Positions 1 through 9,071 of a DNA stretch of 64,000 bases are shown one piece after another. Positions within the stretch are counted from its first letter, which is position 1, and every line of letters begins with the position of its first letter. The position numbers and the translations under genes are program-made. The notes beneath the pieces are model-generated. The model was given only the letters and a program-made list of their open reading frames with translations. It made no database searches and was not told the DNA's origin. The stretch comes from an uncultured Chloroflexia bacterium (lineage in GTDB: Bacteria; Chloroflexota; Limnocylindria; Limnocylindrales; CSP1-4): NCBI GenBank assembly GCA_963713975.1, contig OY970218.1:1312001-1376000 (forward strand), read 5' to 3'.

Positions 1-57
1 GTCATCGGGGGCGGACGTGGGCCGAGGAAGGTCCAGGCCGCCGAGCAGGTTGGTCAT
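1..57 (-). CDS. Partial CDS (N-terminus only, runs off the window), product unknown
   Basis: GGAGGA RBS then ATG at 57 reading MTNLLGGLDLPRPTSAPDD; same strand as, and downstream of, ltaE. Confidence 0.6.
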   Translation of the reverse strand, partial: MTNLLGGLDLPRPTSAPDD

Positions 58-112
58 CGTTCCTCCGCGCCGCCGTCAGGAGCTGGCGCTGTGGTTGCCG
101 GATCGGGATCCG

Positions 113-1240
113 TCAGGCCGCGCCTGCCGCCCGCACCCGGGTTGGGGTCGGGTCCGTCTCGCGCAGGGCGTCGGAGACGGCCCCGATGACCCGGTCGATG
201 TCGTCTGCCGTCACCCCGAGGTGCGTGACGGCGCGGACCTGGCCGTGCGCGTAGGGGACCATCAGCACGCCACGTGCCTCGAGGGCGGCAAGGAAGGCCG
301 CCCGGTCGCGGTCCACGCGGTACAGGACGAAGTTGGTCACGGTACGGCCGGGGTCCAGCGGACCGTCCTCGTCCGACTGGGCGATGCCGCCGGGAGAGCG
401 GACGCCGGTGAGCTCGGCCAGCCCCTCCGCGAGCCGGCGGGCGTTCGCGTGATCCTCGGCAAGACGGCGGATGGTGCCGTCCGGACCCTCATCGAGGGCG
501 ACGAGGCCGGCCGCCGCGAGCACGCCAACCTGGCGCATGCCGCCGCCGAGGAGCTTGCGGGCGCGCCTCGCGCGGGCGATGAACGCCTCCGGACCCACGA
601 CCACGGAGCCGATGGGCGTCGAGAGGCCCTTGGACAGGCAGAAGGTGACCGTGTCGGCCGGCGCCGCGAGCGCCGCGGGCGCCATCCCGAGGGCGACGGC
701 GGCATTGAAGAACCGTGCCCCGTCCATGTGCAGCGGGACGCCGCGCTCGTGGGCGATCGCGGCCGCGGTCTCGATGTAGTCCATCGGCAGCGGCCGGCCC
801 CCGGTGTGCGCGTGCGTGTTCTCCAGGACGATGAGCCCGGTGATGGGCTCGTGCAGGTCCGTGGGATCCCGGAACGCCTCGATGATCTCGGCCGGGTCCA
901 TGGTGCCGTCGGACCGCTCCCGGAGGGCGCGGATCGTCGCTCCCACCACGACCGCGTGCCCGCCGGCCTCGTCCATCACCGTGTGGGTGGTCTCGCCGGC
1001 GATGGCCTCGTGGCCGCGAGGCAGGTGGGCCATCAGCGACACGAGGTTGCCCATGGTGCCGCTCGCGACGAACAGCCCTGCCTCCTTGCCCAGCATCGCC
1101 GCGGCGCGTGCCTCGAGCGCGTTGACGGTGGGGTCGTCGCCGAACACGTCATCGCCGAGGGGGGCCTCGACCATCGCGCGGCGCATGGCGTCGGTGGGGT
1201 GGGTGACGGTGTCGGAGCGAAGGTCGATCACGGGCGGCAT
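113..1240 (-). CDS. ltaE: Low-specificity L-threonine aldolase (PLP-dependent)
   Basis: Motifs IDLRSDTVT, GDDVFGDDPTV, SGTMGN, LENTH, HMDGAR, CLSKGL, GGGMRQ; start trimmed to ATG 1240, which follows a TATGCT -10 box. Confidence 0.93.
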   Translation of the reverse strand: MPPVIDLRSDTVTHPTDAMRRAMVEAPLGDDVFGDDPTVNALEARAAAMLGKEAGLFVASGTMGNLVSLMAHLPRGHEAIAGETTHTVMDEAGGHAVVVGATIRALRERSDGTMDPAEIIEAFRDPTDLHEPITGLIVLENTHAHTGGRPLPMDYIETAAAIAHERGVPLHMDGARFFNAAVALGMAPAALAAPADTVTFCLSKGLSTPIGSVVVGPEAFIARARRARKLLGGGMRQVGVLAAAGLVALDEGPDGTIRRLAEDHANARRLAEGLAELTGVRSPGGIAQSDEDGPLDPGRTVTNFVLYRVDRDRAAFLAALEARGVLMVPYAHGQVRAVTHLGVTADDIDRVIGAVSDALRETDPTPTRVRAAGAA

Positions 1241-1376
1241 GGCCTCGCGAGCATAGCGCGGGTCATGCGGGCGGGCGCGCGAGTGGGCGCGCGGCACGCC
1301 CGCACGGCTGCACCGGTCGTATGATCGTGCCGCGTGGTGCCCAACCGTGCGGCCGCCGTGCACAAGGAGGAGAGGA

Positions 1377-2015
1377 ATGCAGATCCTGATCGCACTCGTG
1401 GCCGCCGTGATCGGCCTTGCCATCGCCTTTGGCGGCTGGCGCTTCTTCCTGCTGCTGCTGCCGTTCTGGGGGCTGCTCGTGGGCTTCAACGTCGGGACCG
1501 AGGCGGTGTCGGCGCTGTTCGGTGACGGGACGTTCGCCACCCTCACGAGCTGGGCCGTGGGCATCGTGTTCGCCCTGGTCTTCGCCGTGCTGGCCTACCT
1601 CTACTACTACGCCGCGATCGCGCTGATCGGCGGTTCGGTCGGGTTCATCATCGGCGGCAGCCTGTGGGGCCTGATCGGCAACGCCGACGGCGTCATCGCG
1701 TTCGCGCTCAGCCTGGTGGTCGCGGTCGTGTTCGTGATCGGGATCCTGGCCCTCAACGTGCCGCGGCTGCTCGTGATCGTGTTGACCGGCCTCGGTGGCG
1801 CGGCCGCGATCGTGGCCGGCTGGTTCATCCTCACCGGGCAGATCCCCACCGACAACATCCAGTGGATGCAGGTCGGGGCGCTGATCCGGGACAGCTGGTT
1901 CTGGCTGATCGTCTGGGCCGTGATCGCCGCCGCCGGGATCATCGTGCAGATGGTGACGCCGACATTCGGTCCCGACAGCTACGAGCTGGATCGGGAGTCG
2001 TACCGCTACAGCTGA
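1377..2015 (+). CDS. DUF4203 / TMEM198-like multi-pass membrane protein
   Basis: About 7 hydrophobic segments; 'FGGWRFFLLLLPFWG' and 'IVLTGLGGAAAI' patterns; AGGAGG RBS. Confidence 0.7.
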   Translation: MQILIALVAAVIGLAIAFGGWRFFLLLLPFWGLLVGFNVGTEAVSALFGDGTFATLTSWAVGIVFALVFAVLAYLYYYAAIALIGGSVGFIIGGSLWGLIGNADGVIAFALSLVVAVVFVIGILALNVPRLLVIVLTGLGGAAAIVAGWFILTGQIPTDNIQWMQVGALIRDSWFWLIVWAVIAAAGIIVQMVTPTFGPDSYELDRESYRYS

Positions 2016-2052
2016 GCCACGGGGCCCGAGGCCCCATCCCAAGTGCCCAACG

Positions 2053-2090
2053 CGGAGCCCCGGAGGTTCAGGCCTTCGGGGCTCCGTCGT
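2053..2090 (+). terminator. Probable intrinsic terminator
   Basis: Stem CGGAGCCCCGGAGG / CCTTCGGGGCTCCG followed by TCGTT, just after the DUF4203 gene. Confidence 0.6.
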
Positions 2091-2137
2091 TCCCGCCCTC
2101 GGGGGCCGCGGCGATGCTGGCGGCTTCGGGGGGTCCC

Positions 2138-2146
2138 TGCTATGAT
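2138..2146 (+). promoter_or_regulatory. Extended -10 promoter of tRNA-Asp
   Basis: TGcTATGAT ends 14 nt upstream of the tRNA 5' end. Confidence 0.6.
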
Positions 2147-2160
2147 CCGCCACCGATCGC

Positions 2161-2237
2161 GGACCCGTGGTGTAGCGGCCCAACATGCCAGCCTGTCACG
2201 CTGGAGATCGCCGGTTCGAATCCGGTCGGGTCCGCCA
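2161..2237 (+). tRNA. tRNA-Asp(GTC)
   Basis: Acceptor stem GGACCCG/CGGGTCC, anticodon arm CCAGC-CTGTCAC-GCTGG, T loop TTCGAAT, encoded CCA. Confidence 0.97.
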
Positions 2238-2256
2238 TCTTCTCTCAATTCCTCGC

Positions 2257-2296
2257 ACGCCCCGTCCGCCCGCCCGGACGGGGCGTTCCTTCGTTT
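2257..2296 (+). terminator. Intrinsic terminator after the tRNA
   Basis: Perfect 12-bp stem ACGCCCCGTCCG/CGGACGGGGCGT followed by TCCTTCGTTT. Confidence 0.8.
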
Positions 2297-2313
2297 CAGG
2301 TACCCTGCCCGCC

Positions 2314-4089
2314 GTGAGCGCGCGCGATCCCGGGTACGACCCACGACAGCGGCACCCGCGAAGCGGGGCACATCCCTCGGCGGCACGAGTCCCGCAGCGC
2401 AGGGATGGCTCACGTTCCGTGCCGCTGGCGGCGCTGGCCGCCCTCGGGCTCGTGCTGGTCGTCGGCCTCGGGTTCGGCGGCGGGCTCCTCGCCGGCGGTT
2501 CCACGGGGTCCACGCCGGCAGCCGGCACCGCCGCGATCATCGGTTCCGGCGCCCCTGCCCAGGGTGGATCGTCGGGCGCGGCGGTCATCACGGACGCCTC
2601 GGACGGCCCTGGAGCCCCCGCCGTCGATCCCGCCGTCGACGCATCGCCCGAGGTCGTCCCGACCGCCGCGGCTCCGCAGGTCGAGACCGAGGTCGCCATC
2701 GTCCCGGTCACGGACTTCCGCTCCGCGCGAACCTCGGTCAAGGCCGCCGATGTCCGCGCCATCGCAGGCGGCTCCTCGCCCTACAAGGCGCTGGTGCTGG
2801 TCGACGCCGACGCCGACCGGATCCTCGAATCGCTGGGCGTGTCGCGTTCGGACCTCGGCAAGCGGCTGGTGACCGTGAAGTCCGCGACGGCCCTCGCGAC
2901 AAACCTGGCGGCCAACTCGAACCGGCTCGCCTTCCTCCGCGCCGACGAGGTGGACCCGTCGGTCCGCGCGATCGACTGGGGGGGCAAGAGCCTGTACGGC
3001 GTGGACCGCGTGAAGAGCCTCGGCAACTGGCCACTGACCGCCCGGCTGATCGGCCCCGAGACGCCCGCCTACGACCCGAAGGCCGCGTGGACGCTGTTCG
3101 CCGGGGGTGACATCCTGCTCGACCGGGGCGTCAAGCAGGCGATCGACGCGAACGGTATCGACTACCCGTACGACGGCGGCACCGTCAAGGTCACCGGCAT
3201 GTGCCGCGACTGCTCGCCCATGGGCTGGGACCTGCCGTACACGAAGCGGACCGGCAACGCGGGGGCCGTCCGGAGCCTGATCTCGGGTGCGGACCTCGCC
3301 ATCGCCAACTTCGAGAACCCGGCGCCGAACAAGTGGCGCTGGCATGGCAGCGGGACCGTGTTCAACGCGAACCCGGCCCTGATCGCCGGCCTGCGCGATG
3401 CCGGCATCGACTGGGTCTCGCTCGCCAACAACCACATCGGCGACGCCGGGCGCACCGGCATGCTCCAGACGATGAAGAACCTGGACAAGTACGACATCGC
3501 GCACGGTGGCCTGGGCAGGAACACCGCGGCCGCCCACAAGGCAACCCTGCTCGAGGCGGGCGAGGTCACGGTCGGGATCCTGGGCTACGACATGATCGCG
3601 CCCGGCTACCACGCGGGCACGGACCTCGCCGGCAGCGCGCGCATGACCAGGAAGGCGCTCAAGGCGGACATCAAGGCGGCCCGGGTGGCCGGCGCCGACG
3701 TCGTGATCGTGTTCCCGCACTGGGGCATCGAGTACCGCGCGCAACCCTCCGCGACCCAGCAGAAGATGGCCCACGCGGCGATCGACGCCGGTGCGGACGT
3801 CGTGATCGGCAACCACCCCCACTGGGCCGAGGCGATGGAGGTCTACAAGGGCAAGCCGGTGTGGTACGCGCTCGGCAACTTCGTGTTCGACCAGACGTGG
3901 TCCGACTACACGATGGAGGGCCTCACCCTCGAGCTCACGTTCGACGGCACCCGGCTGGCCCAGATCCGGATGCGGCCGCACCTGATTCTGGGCAAGGCGC
4001 AGGCGAACTTCATGGACCCGGCGGGGCTGGGCGGCAAGTTCGTGATGGACCAGGTCTGGAAGGCCTCGGCCGGCCTGCTGGACTGGTAG
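2314..4089 (+). CDS. CapA/PGA_cap-family metallophosphoesterase, membrane-anchored, with an extra N-terminal domain
   Basis: Motifs GGDILLDR, ANFEN, SLANNH, FPHWGIEY, IGNHPH, YALGNFVFDQ; N-terminal TM helix; GTG start 7 nt after TACCCT. Confidence 0.85.
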   Translation: MSARDPGYDPRQRHPRSGAHPSAARVPQRRDGSRSVPLAALAALGLVLVVGLGFGGGLLAGGSTGSTPAAGTAAIIGSGAPAQGGSSGAAVITDASDGPGAPAVDPAVDASPEVVPTAAAPQVETEVAIVPVTDFRSARTSVKAADVRAIAGGSSPYKALVLVDADADRILESLGVSRSDLGKRLVTVKSATALATNLAANSNRLAFLRADEVDPSVRAIDWGGKSLYGVDRVKSLGNWPLTARLIGPETPAYDPKAAWTLFAGGDILLDRGVKQAIDANGIDYPYDGGTVKVTGMCRDCSPMGWDLPYTKRTGNAGAVRSLISGADLAIANFENPAPNKWRWHGSGTVFNANPALIAGLRDAGIDWVSLANNHIGDAGRTGMLQTMKNLDKYDIAHGGLGRNTAAAHKATLLEAGEVTVGILGYDMIAPGYHAGTDLAGSARMTRKALKADIKAARVAGADVVIVFPHWGIEYRAQPSATQQKMAHAAIDAGADVVIGNHPHWAEAMEVYKGKPVWYALGNFVFDQTWSDYTMEGLTLELTFDGTRLAQIRMRPHLILGKAQANFMDPAGLGGKFVMDQVWKASAGLLDW

Positions 4090-4125
4090 GGGCCGTCGTC
4101 CCGTAGTGGCCCCCGCCGGTCCGGC

Positions 4126-5121
4126 CTAGCCGTTCCAGCCGTAGGGGCCCGGGACGGCTGTGTCCAGGCCCGCGAACAGGTCTTCCTCGTGCTCCGGCGC
4201 CGGGACCCTGCTCTTGCGGCGCACGTATGCCTCCCTGGGCCAGTACTCCGCCCAGGCATCCGGCCCGAACCGGACGAAGGGGTTCTCGTCGCTGATCTGG
4301 GTCACGTGCAGGCGCATGGCGTTCCAGCGCCGGTCGAGGACCGCGGAGATGTCCACCCAGGTGGTGATCGACTCGTCGGGGACGAGCATCCTGGAGGCGA
4401 ACATCTCGAACTCGGCGAGCTGCTCCGGCGTCGCGTCCTCGGGCGGCGACCAGAAGGAGCGTTCGCCGACCGCCTCCATCCGTTCCTGGATGGCGTTCCG
4501 GATCGACGCCGGGATCGCCTGCTCGTACAGCTTGGCCGGGGTCCACGGGGCCAGGCCGCCGTCCGCCGGTGGGACGCCCGTGCCGCCGTGCTCGGGCGCC
4601 AGTTGCTCCGGGTACCACGCCGCGTCACCGGCCCGGGCGAAGGCGCCGACCGCCACCAGGTGGGTCCGGATGTGGTCAGGGTGTCCGTACCCGCCGAAGT
4701 CGTTGTACGTGGTCATCACGTCCGGCCGGTAGGTCCGGACGAGGAACACCAGCCGGCCGATCGCCTCGTCGAGGTCCGCCTGCCAGAAGCAGCGGGCATC
4801 ACGGTTCCCGGCGCGGCCCATCATGTCCGAGTCGCGATAGCCCAGGTTCTCCCACTCGGTGACGCCGAGGGCGGCCATCGCCTGCTCGAGCTCGCCCGCG
4901 CGGATCTCGCCCAGGCGCCGGTGGTTCTCCGGGGTGTCCATCTCGGGGACCACGATCTCGCCCATCTCCCCGCGGGTGCAGGTCACGAGGACCACGCGCC
5001 GTCCCTCGAGCACGGCCTTGGCCATCGTGCCGCCGGTCCCGATAACCTCGTCGTCGGGATGGGCGTGGACGGTCATGAGGGTGGGGACGTGGGGGACGGG
5101 CTGGGACGTCGAGGTGGTCAT
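4126..5121 (-). CDS. PIG-L family deacetylase (MshB/Mca-like)
   Basis: Motifs HAHPDDE, TCTRGEMGE, GYRDS, GGYGHPDH, HVTQI; ATG 7 nt after TAGGAT. Confidence 0.88.
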   Translation of the reverse strand: MTTSTSQPVPHVPTLMTVHAHPDDEVIGTGGTMAKAVLEGRRVVLVTCTRGEMGEIVVPEMDTPENHRRLGEIRAGELEQAMAALGVTEWENLGYRDSDMMGRAGNRDARCFWQADLDEAIGRLVFLVRTYRPDVMTTYNDFGGYGHPDHIRTHLVAVGAFARAGDAAWYPEQLAPEHGGTGVPPADGGLAPWTPAKLYEQAIPASIRNAIQERMEAVGERSFWSPPEDATPEQLAEFEMFASRMLVPDESITTWVDISAVLDRRWNAMRLHVTQISDENPFVRFGPDAWAEYWPREAYVRRKSRVPAPEHEEDLFAGLDTAVPGPYGWNG

Positions 5122-5238
5122 GGTGCCCATCCTATCGCCGGTCGTCCTCCGGTCCCTGCGCGGGCGACCGTCACGATCGCGTCATCGACGGGCGGCAGAT
5201 TGGGCGTCGAACCACGAGATCAACAAGGGGACACCTAC

Positions 5239-5934
5239 GTGAGCAAAGCAACCATCCCGATGCGCTGGGGCGCTCTGGCGCTGGTCGGGGCGATGGCCCT
5301 CGCGGCATGCGGTGGCTCGACGGGAGCCACTTCCGCCCCGGCGGCCAGCGACCACGATGCGGCCTCGATGGCCCCGGAGCCGGCTGAGACGCCCGCGTCC
5401 GCGACGGCCTCGCCCGCTTCGAGCGCCCAGGCCACGCCGGACGCCCCCGCCACCGCCGAGCCCGCCATGAGCCCCGCCATGAACGCTGCCGCCGCGGCGC
5501 TCGCCGGCAAGGACTGGGCGACGGCCACGCTCACCGACGTCGACACCGGCGAGGAGTTCACGATCGCGGACCTGGCCGGCAAGCCGGTGTTCGTGGAGAC
5601 CATGGCGATCTGGTGCTCCAACTGCCGCGCGCAGCAGGGCCGGTTCACGGAGGCGCTGGGACGCCTGCCCGCCGGCGCGGCCGAGTACGTCGTCCTGACC
5701 ATCGACCCGTCCGAGACCGCGGAGGACCTCGCCCGCTACAAGGCGGATCGCGGGTTCGCCGGGCGCTACGTCGTCGCGGGCAAGGCGATGTCGAAGGCCC
5801 TCCAGGCGGAGTTCGGGACCAACGCCCTGAACCCGCCCAGCGTGCCGCTCGTGTTCATCTCGCCCTCGGGTGAGGTGACGTTCTCGACCGGCTCCGAGTC
5901 GGTCGACGAGATCGTGGCCAAGGCCGGCGCCTGA
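5239..5934 (+). CDS. TlpA/ResA-like thioredoxin-fold lipoprotein
   Basis: Lipobox LAAC, Ala/Pro/Ser linker, GKPVFVETMAIWCSNC (CxxC), cis-Pro motif SVP; overlaps ccdA (TGATG). Confidence 0.8.
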   Translation: MSKATIPMRWGALALVGAMALAACGGSTGATSAPAASDHDAASMAPEPAETPASATASPASSAQATPDAPATAEPAMSPAMNAAAAALAGKDWATATLTDVDTGEEFTIADLAGKPVFVETMAIWCSNCRAQQGRFTEALGRLPAGAAEYVVLTIDPSETAEDLARYKADRGFAGRYVVAGKAMSKALQAEFGTNALNPPSVPLVFISPSGEVTFSTGSESVDEIVAKAGA

Positions 5935-6608
5935 TGGGCGAGCTCGTCGCAGTGTTCGCGGCAGGTCTGGCGAGCGCCGCCAGCCCCTGCCTGCTGCCGC
6001 TGTACCCGAGCTTCCTCGCCTACCTGTCCGCGAACGCCGGTTCGCTCTCCGGGCGCAAGGGCACCGGGTTCCTGGGGCTCCTGGTCCTGATGGGGCTGCT
6101 CACGACGATGGTCCTGATCGGCGTCGTCCTGGTCGCGGTGTCCGCCCCGATCGGGCAGGTGGCGTCCTATCTCGTGCCGCTCGTGGACGGGTTCCTGATC
6201 GTGCTGGGCGTGATGCTCCTGGCGGGCCGCAACCCGTTCAACCGGCTGCCAGGCATGCGTGTGCCGGTGGTGAGCAATCCCTTCGGCCAGGCGTACGTCT
6301 ACGGGATGATGCTGGGGCCGATTGCGCTCCCCTGTGCCGGGCCGTTCCTGGCGGCGCTGCTCGCCGTCTCGGTGGGCTTCGGCGATGCGGTGCTGGGACT
6401 GGTGACCTTCATCGTCTTCGGGCTAGGTTTCGGGCTGCCGCTGGTGCTGCTGTCGCTGCTGGCCGGCGCCCGGCAGAGGTCGATCGTGGGGTACGTGACC
6501 GCGCACCATCGCGGGATCGAGATCGGGTCCGGACTGGTGCTGATCGCGGTCGCCCTGTGGGACCTGCGCGAGAACTGGGAGGGGATCCTGTTCACCTTCG
6601 GGGCCTGA
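5934..6608 (+). CDS. ccdA: Cytochrome c biogenesis CcdA / DsbD transmembrane domain protein
   Basis: Two conserved Cys motifs SPCLLPLYP and PCAGP; about 6 TM helices. Confidence 0.88.
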   Translation: MGELVAVFAAGLASAASPCLLPLYPSFLAYLSANAGSLSGRKGTGFLGLLVLMGLLTTMVLIGVVLVAVSAPIGQVASYLVPLVDGFLIVLGVMLLAGRNPFNRLPGMRVPVVSNPFGQAYVYGMMLGPIALPCAGPFLAALLAVSVGFGDAVLGLVTFIVFGLGFGLPLVLLSLLAGARQRSIVGYVTAHHRGIEIGSGLVLIAVALWDLRENWEGILFTFGA

Positions 6609-6669
6609 GGACCACGCGGTCGGCGGAGGCCCGCCCGCCTCCTGGGCTTGTCCGCGGTACCGTGCGCCG

Positions 6670-7200
6670 ATGAGCGACCAGCCCGGCACCCCGGCCATCG
6701 CAGCCCTCGAGGCCGCCGGCGTCCCGTTCCGCGTCGTCCGGACCGCGATCGCCCGCAGCGCGGAGGAGAGCGCCACCCTCCAGGGGATCCCGGTGGCCAA
6801 CCTGCTGCGCTCGATCCTCGTCCGCCGCGCCGCCGACGACTACCTCTTCGTCCTGGTCCCGGGTGGCCGCCGCTTCAACTGGCCGGCCCTCCGCGCGCTG
6901 CTCGGCACGAACCGCCTCACGCTCCCCACCGAAGAGGAGGCGAAGGCGGAGACGGGCTATGTCCGCGGCGCGATCACGCCCTTCGGCGCCCGGCGCCAGT
7001 GGCCGGTGATCGCGGACGCCTCGATCCAGGGCCTGGAATCCGTCGCGATCGGCGGGGGCGCGCGGGGCGTCAACGTCCACCTCGCGCCGGCGGACCTGGT
7101 CGCGGCGACCAACGCGCAAGTCGCGGACATCACCGTCCCCGAGCCGGCGCCCGAACGCCGGGATGGCCCGGACCCCGGGGCGGCGGCCGCGGAGGCCTGA
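6670..7200 (+). CDS. YbaK/EbsC aminoacyl-tRNA deacylase
   Basis: Motifs ETGYVRGAITPFG, VIADAS, IGGGARG. Confidence 0.85.
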   Translation: MSDQPGTPAIAALEAAGVPFRVVRTAIARSAEESATLQGIPVANLLRSILVRRAADDYLFVLVPGGRRFNWPALRALLGTNRLTLPTEEEAKAETGYVRGAITPFGARRQWPVIADASIQGLESVAIGGGARGVNVHLAPADLVAATNAQVADITVPEPAPERRDGPDPGAAAAEA

Positions 7201-7221
7201 CCGGCCGTTACCATCAGGGCG

Positions 7222-8508
7222 ATGGCCGAACCCGCGCCCGTTCCTGCCTCCGCCCCCGTGCCGGCACCCGGTCCGCTCGCCGGGATCCGCGTCGCCGACT
7301 GCTCCACGGTCCTCGCCGGGCCGTACTGCACGATGCTGCTCGCGGACCTTGGCGCGGACGTGGTCAAGGTGGAGCCGCCCGATGGCGACGCGACCCGCGG
7401 CTGGGGTCCGCCGTGGGTCGGTGACGAGGCGGCCGGTACCCGCACCGCGGCCTACTACCTGTCTGTGAACCGCAACAAGCGGTCGATCCGCCTGGATCTC
7501 AGGCAGGAACCCGGGCGCGAGGTCCTGCGCCGTCTCCTCCGCGCATCCGACGTCTTCGTCGAGAACTTCCGCGTCGGCGGGCTTGCGCGCCTGGGCTTTG
7601 GTGACGACGCGCTTCGGGACCTGAACCCCGCGCTGATCCACCTCGCCATCTCCGGCTTCGGGCCGGACGGGCCGGATGCGCAGAAGCCGGGCTACGACTT
7701 CGTAGTCCAGGCCGTGGGAGGCCTGATGTCGATCACGGGCGACCCTGACGAGGATGGCGGCCGGCCCACGAAGGTGGGTGTCGCGATCAGCGACGTCGTG
7801 ACCGGGCTGTTCGGGGCGGTGTCGGTGCTCGCGGGCCTGGTCGGCCGAGGTCGCGCGGCCGGCGGCGATGCGGCGGCCGGCGCCGGTTCGCCCGGAGGCC
7901 AGCGCATCGACGTCTCGCTGCTCGAGTCCACCCTTGCGGTCCTCGTCAACCAGGCCCAGAACGCGTTCACATCCGGCGCGGCCCCGGGCCGCCTTGGCAA
8001 CGCCCATCCCAACCTCGTCCCGTACGAGACGTTCCGGACGGCCGACGGCGAGGTCGCGGTCGCGGTGGGCAGCGAGCGCCAGTGGCCCCGCCTGTGCGAG
8101 GCGATGCGCCTCCCGGGGCTTGCCGCCGATCCCCGGTTCACCACGAATGGGGACCGCGTGGACCGTCGCGCCGAGCTCCGCCCGCTGCTGGCCGCCCGGT
8201 TCCTCGAGCGCCCGACCGCTGACTGGATCGCGGAGCTCCACGCGGCCGAGGTCCCCTGCAGCCCGATCAACGACATCCCGGCGGCATTCGGGTCGGCGCA
8301 GGCGCGGGCTCGGGCGATGACCGTGGACGTGGAGCACCCGGTGCTGGGCGCCGTCCGCCAGGTCGGCCTGCCGTTCACGCTGTCGACGACGCCCGCCTCC
8401 ATCCGGACCGCGCCCCCGCTCCTGGGCGAGCACACGCAGGAGATCCTTGCGGAGCTCGGCTACGACCGGGCGGCGATCGCCGCGCTCGAGGAGGGGGGCG
8501 TCACGTGA
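7222..8508 (+). CDS. CaiB/BaiF family III CoA-transferase
   Basis: Motifs LAGPYCTMLLADLGADVVKVEPP, NRNKRS, ENFR, PGYD, PPLLGEHT. Confidence 0.93.
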   Translation: MAEPAPVPASAPVPAPGPLAGIRVADCSTVLAGPYCTMLLADLGADVVKVEPPDGDATRGWGPPWVGDEAAGTRTAAYYLSVNRNKRSIRLDLRQEPGREVLRRLLRASDVFVENFRVGGLARLGFGDDALRDLNPALIHLAISGFGPDGPDAQKPGYDFVVQAVGGLMSITGDPDEDGGRPTKVGVAISDVVTGLFGAVSVLAGLVGRGRAAGGDAAAGAGSPGGQRIDVSLLESTLAVLVNQAQNAFTSGAAPGRLGNAHPNLVPYETFRTADGEVAVAVGSERQWPRLCEAMRLPGLAADPRFTTNGDRVDRRAELRPLLAARFLERPTADWIAELHAAEVPCSPINDIPAAFGSAQARARAMTVDVEHPVLGAVRQVGLPFTLSTTPASIRTAPPLLGEHTQEILAELGYDRAAIAALEEGGVT

Positions 8509-8945
8509 GCCGCCGGATGATCACCTACCCCACGAACCAGCTCCTGGGCGTCATCGACCGTCCGGACGATGCCGGCCGTGCCACCGATGCGCTGGTCGAG
8601 GCCGGGTTCGACCCGGCCCGCATCGTCGTCCTGGTCGGGGAGGAGGGCACGGATCGGCTCGGCCGGCTCGGCGCCCATCCCAACGTCCTGTCGCCGCTCG
8701 TGCGCGTGTTCCAGTTCCTGCTGATGGACCAGACGCCGGACTTCCTCGTCTACGAGCGGGCGATGGAGGTCGGCCGGACGGTCGTCGCCGTGCACGTCGC
8801 GGACCGCAGGGAGATGCTCGCGGCGCGGGAGATCGTGGAGCGCCACGGCGGCCACTTCCTCAACTACTTCGGGCGCATGTCCACCGAGGAGGTCTCGATG
8901 TGGCGGGGCGAGGAGCCCGAGATTCCCGACGCGCTGCGCCGGTAG
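8505..8945 (+). CDS. Hypothetical protein
   Basis: GC3-rich codon usage; GTGA overlap with the CoA-transferase stop. Confidence 0.75.
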   Translation: MSRRMITYPTNQLLGVIDRPDDAGRATDALVEAGFDPARIVVLVGEEGTDRLGRLGAHPNVLSPLVRVFQFLLMDQTPDFLVYERAMEVGRTVVAVHVADRREMLAAREIVERHGGHFLNYFGRMSTEEVSMWRGEEPEIPDALRR

Positions 8946-8980
8946 GCGGGACTTGCCGGTCGGGGATGAGCCGGCGGGGT

Positions 8981-9016
8981 AAATGGCTAGCAGATTGGTA
9001 GCAGTTTGTGTAGCAT
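8981..9016 (+). promoter_or_regulatory. nirK promoter with an overlapping inverted repeat (candidate Rrf2 operator)
   Basis: AAATGGCTAGCA-gat-TGGTAGCAGTTT (9 of 12 positions complementary) directly before TGTG-TAGCAT. Confidence 0.45.
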
Positions 9017-9071
9017 GCCCCCACCCTCTCCTGGGCCACATCGATTGTGGAACTCTCATCATGAGGAACTG

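Noticed and set aside
2161-2313. tRNA-Asp as the integration site of an island
   Set aside because: No integrase and no duplicated tRNA 3' end noticed; the tRNA is followed directly by its terminator and capA.
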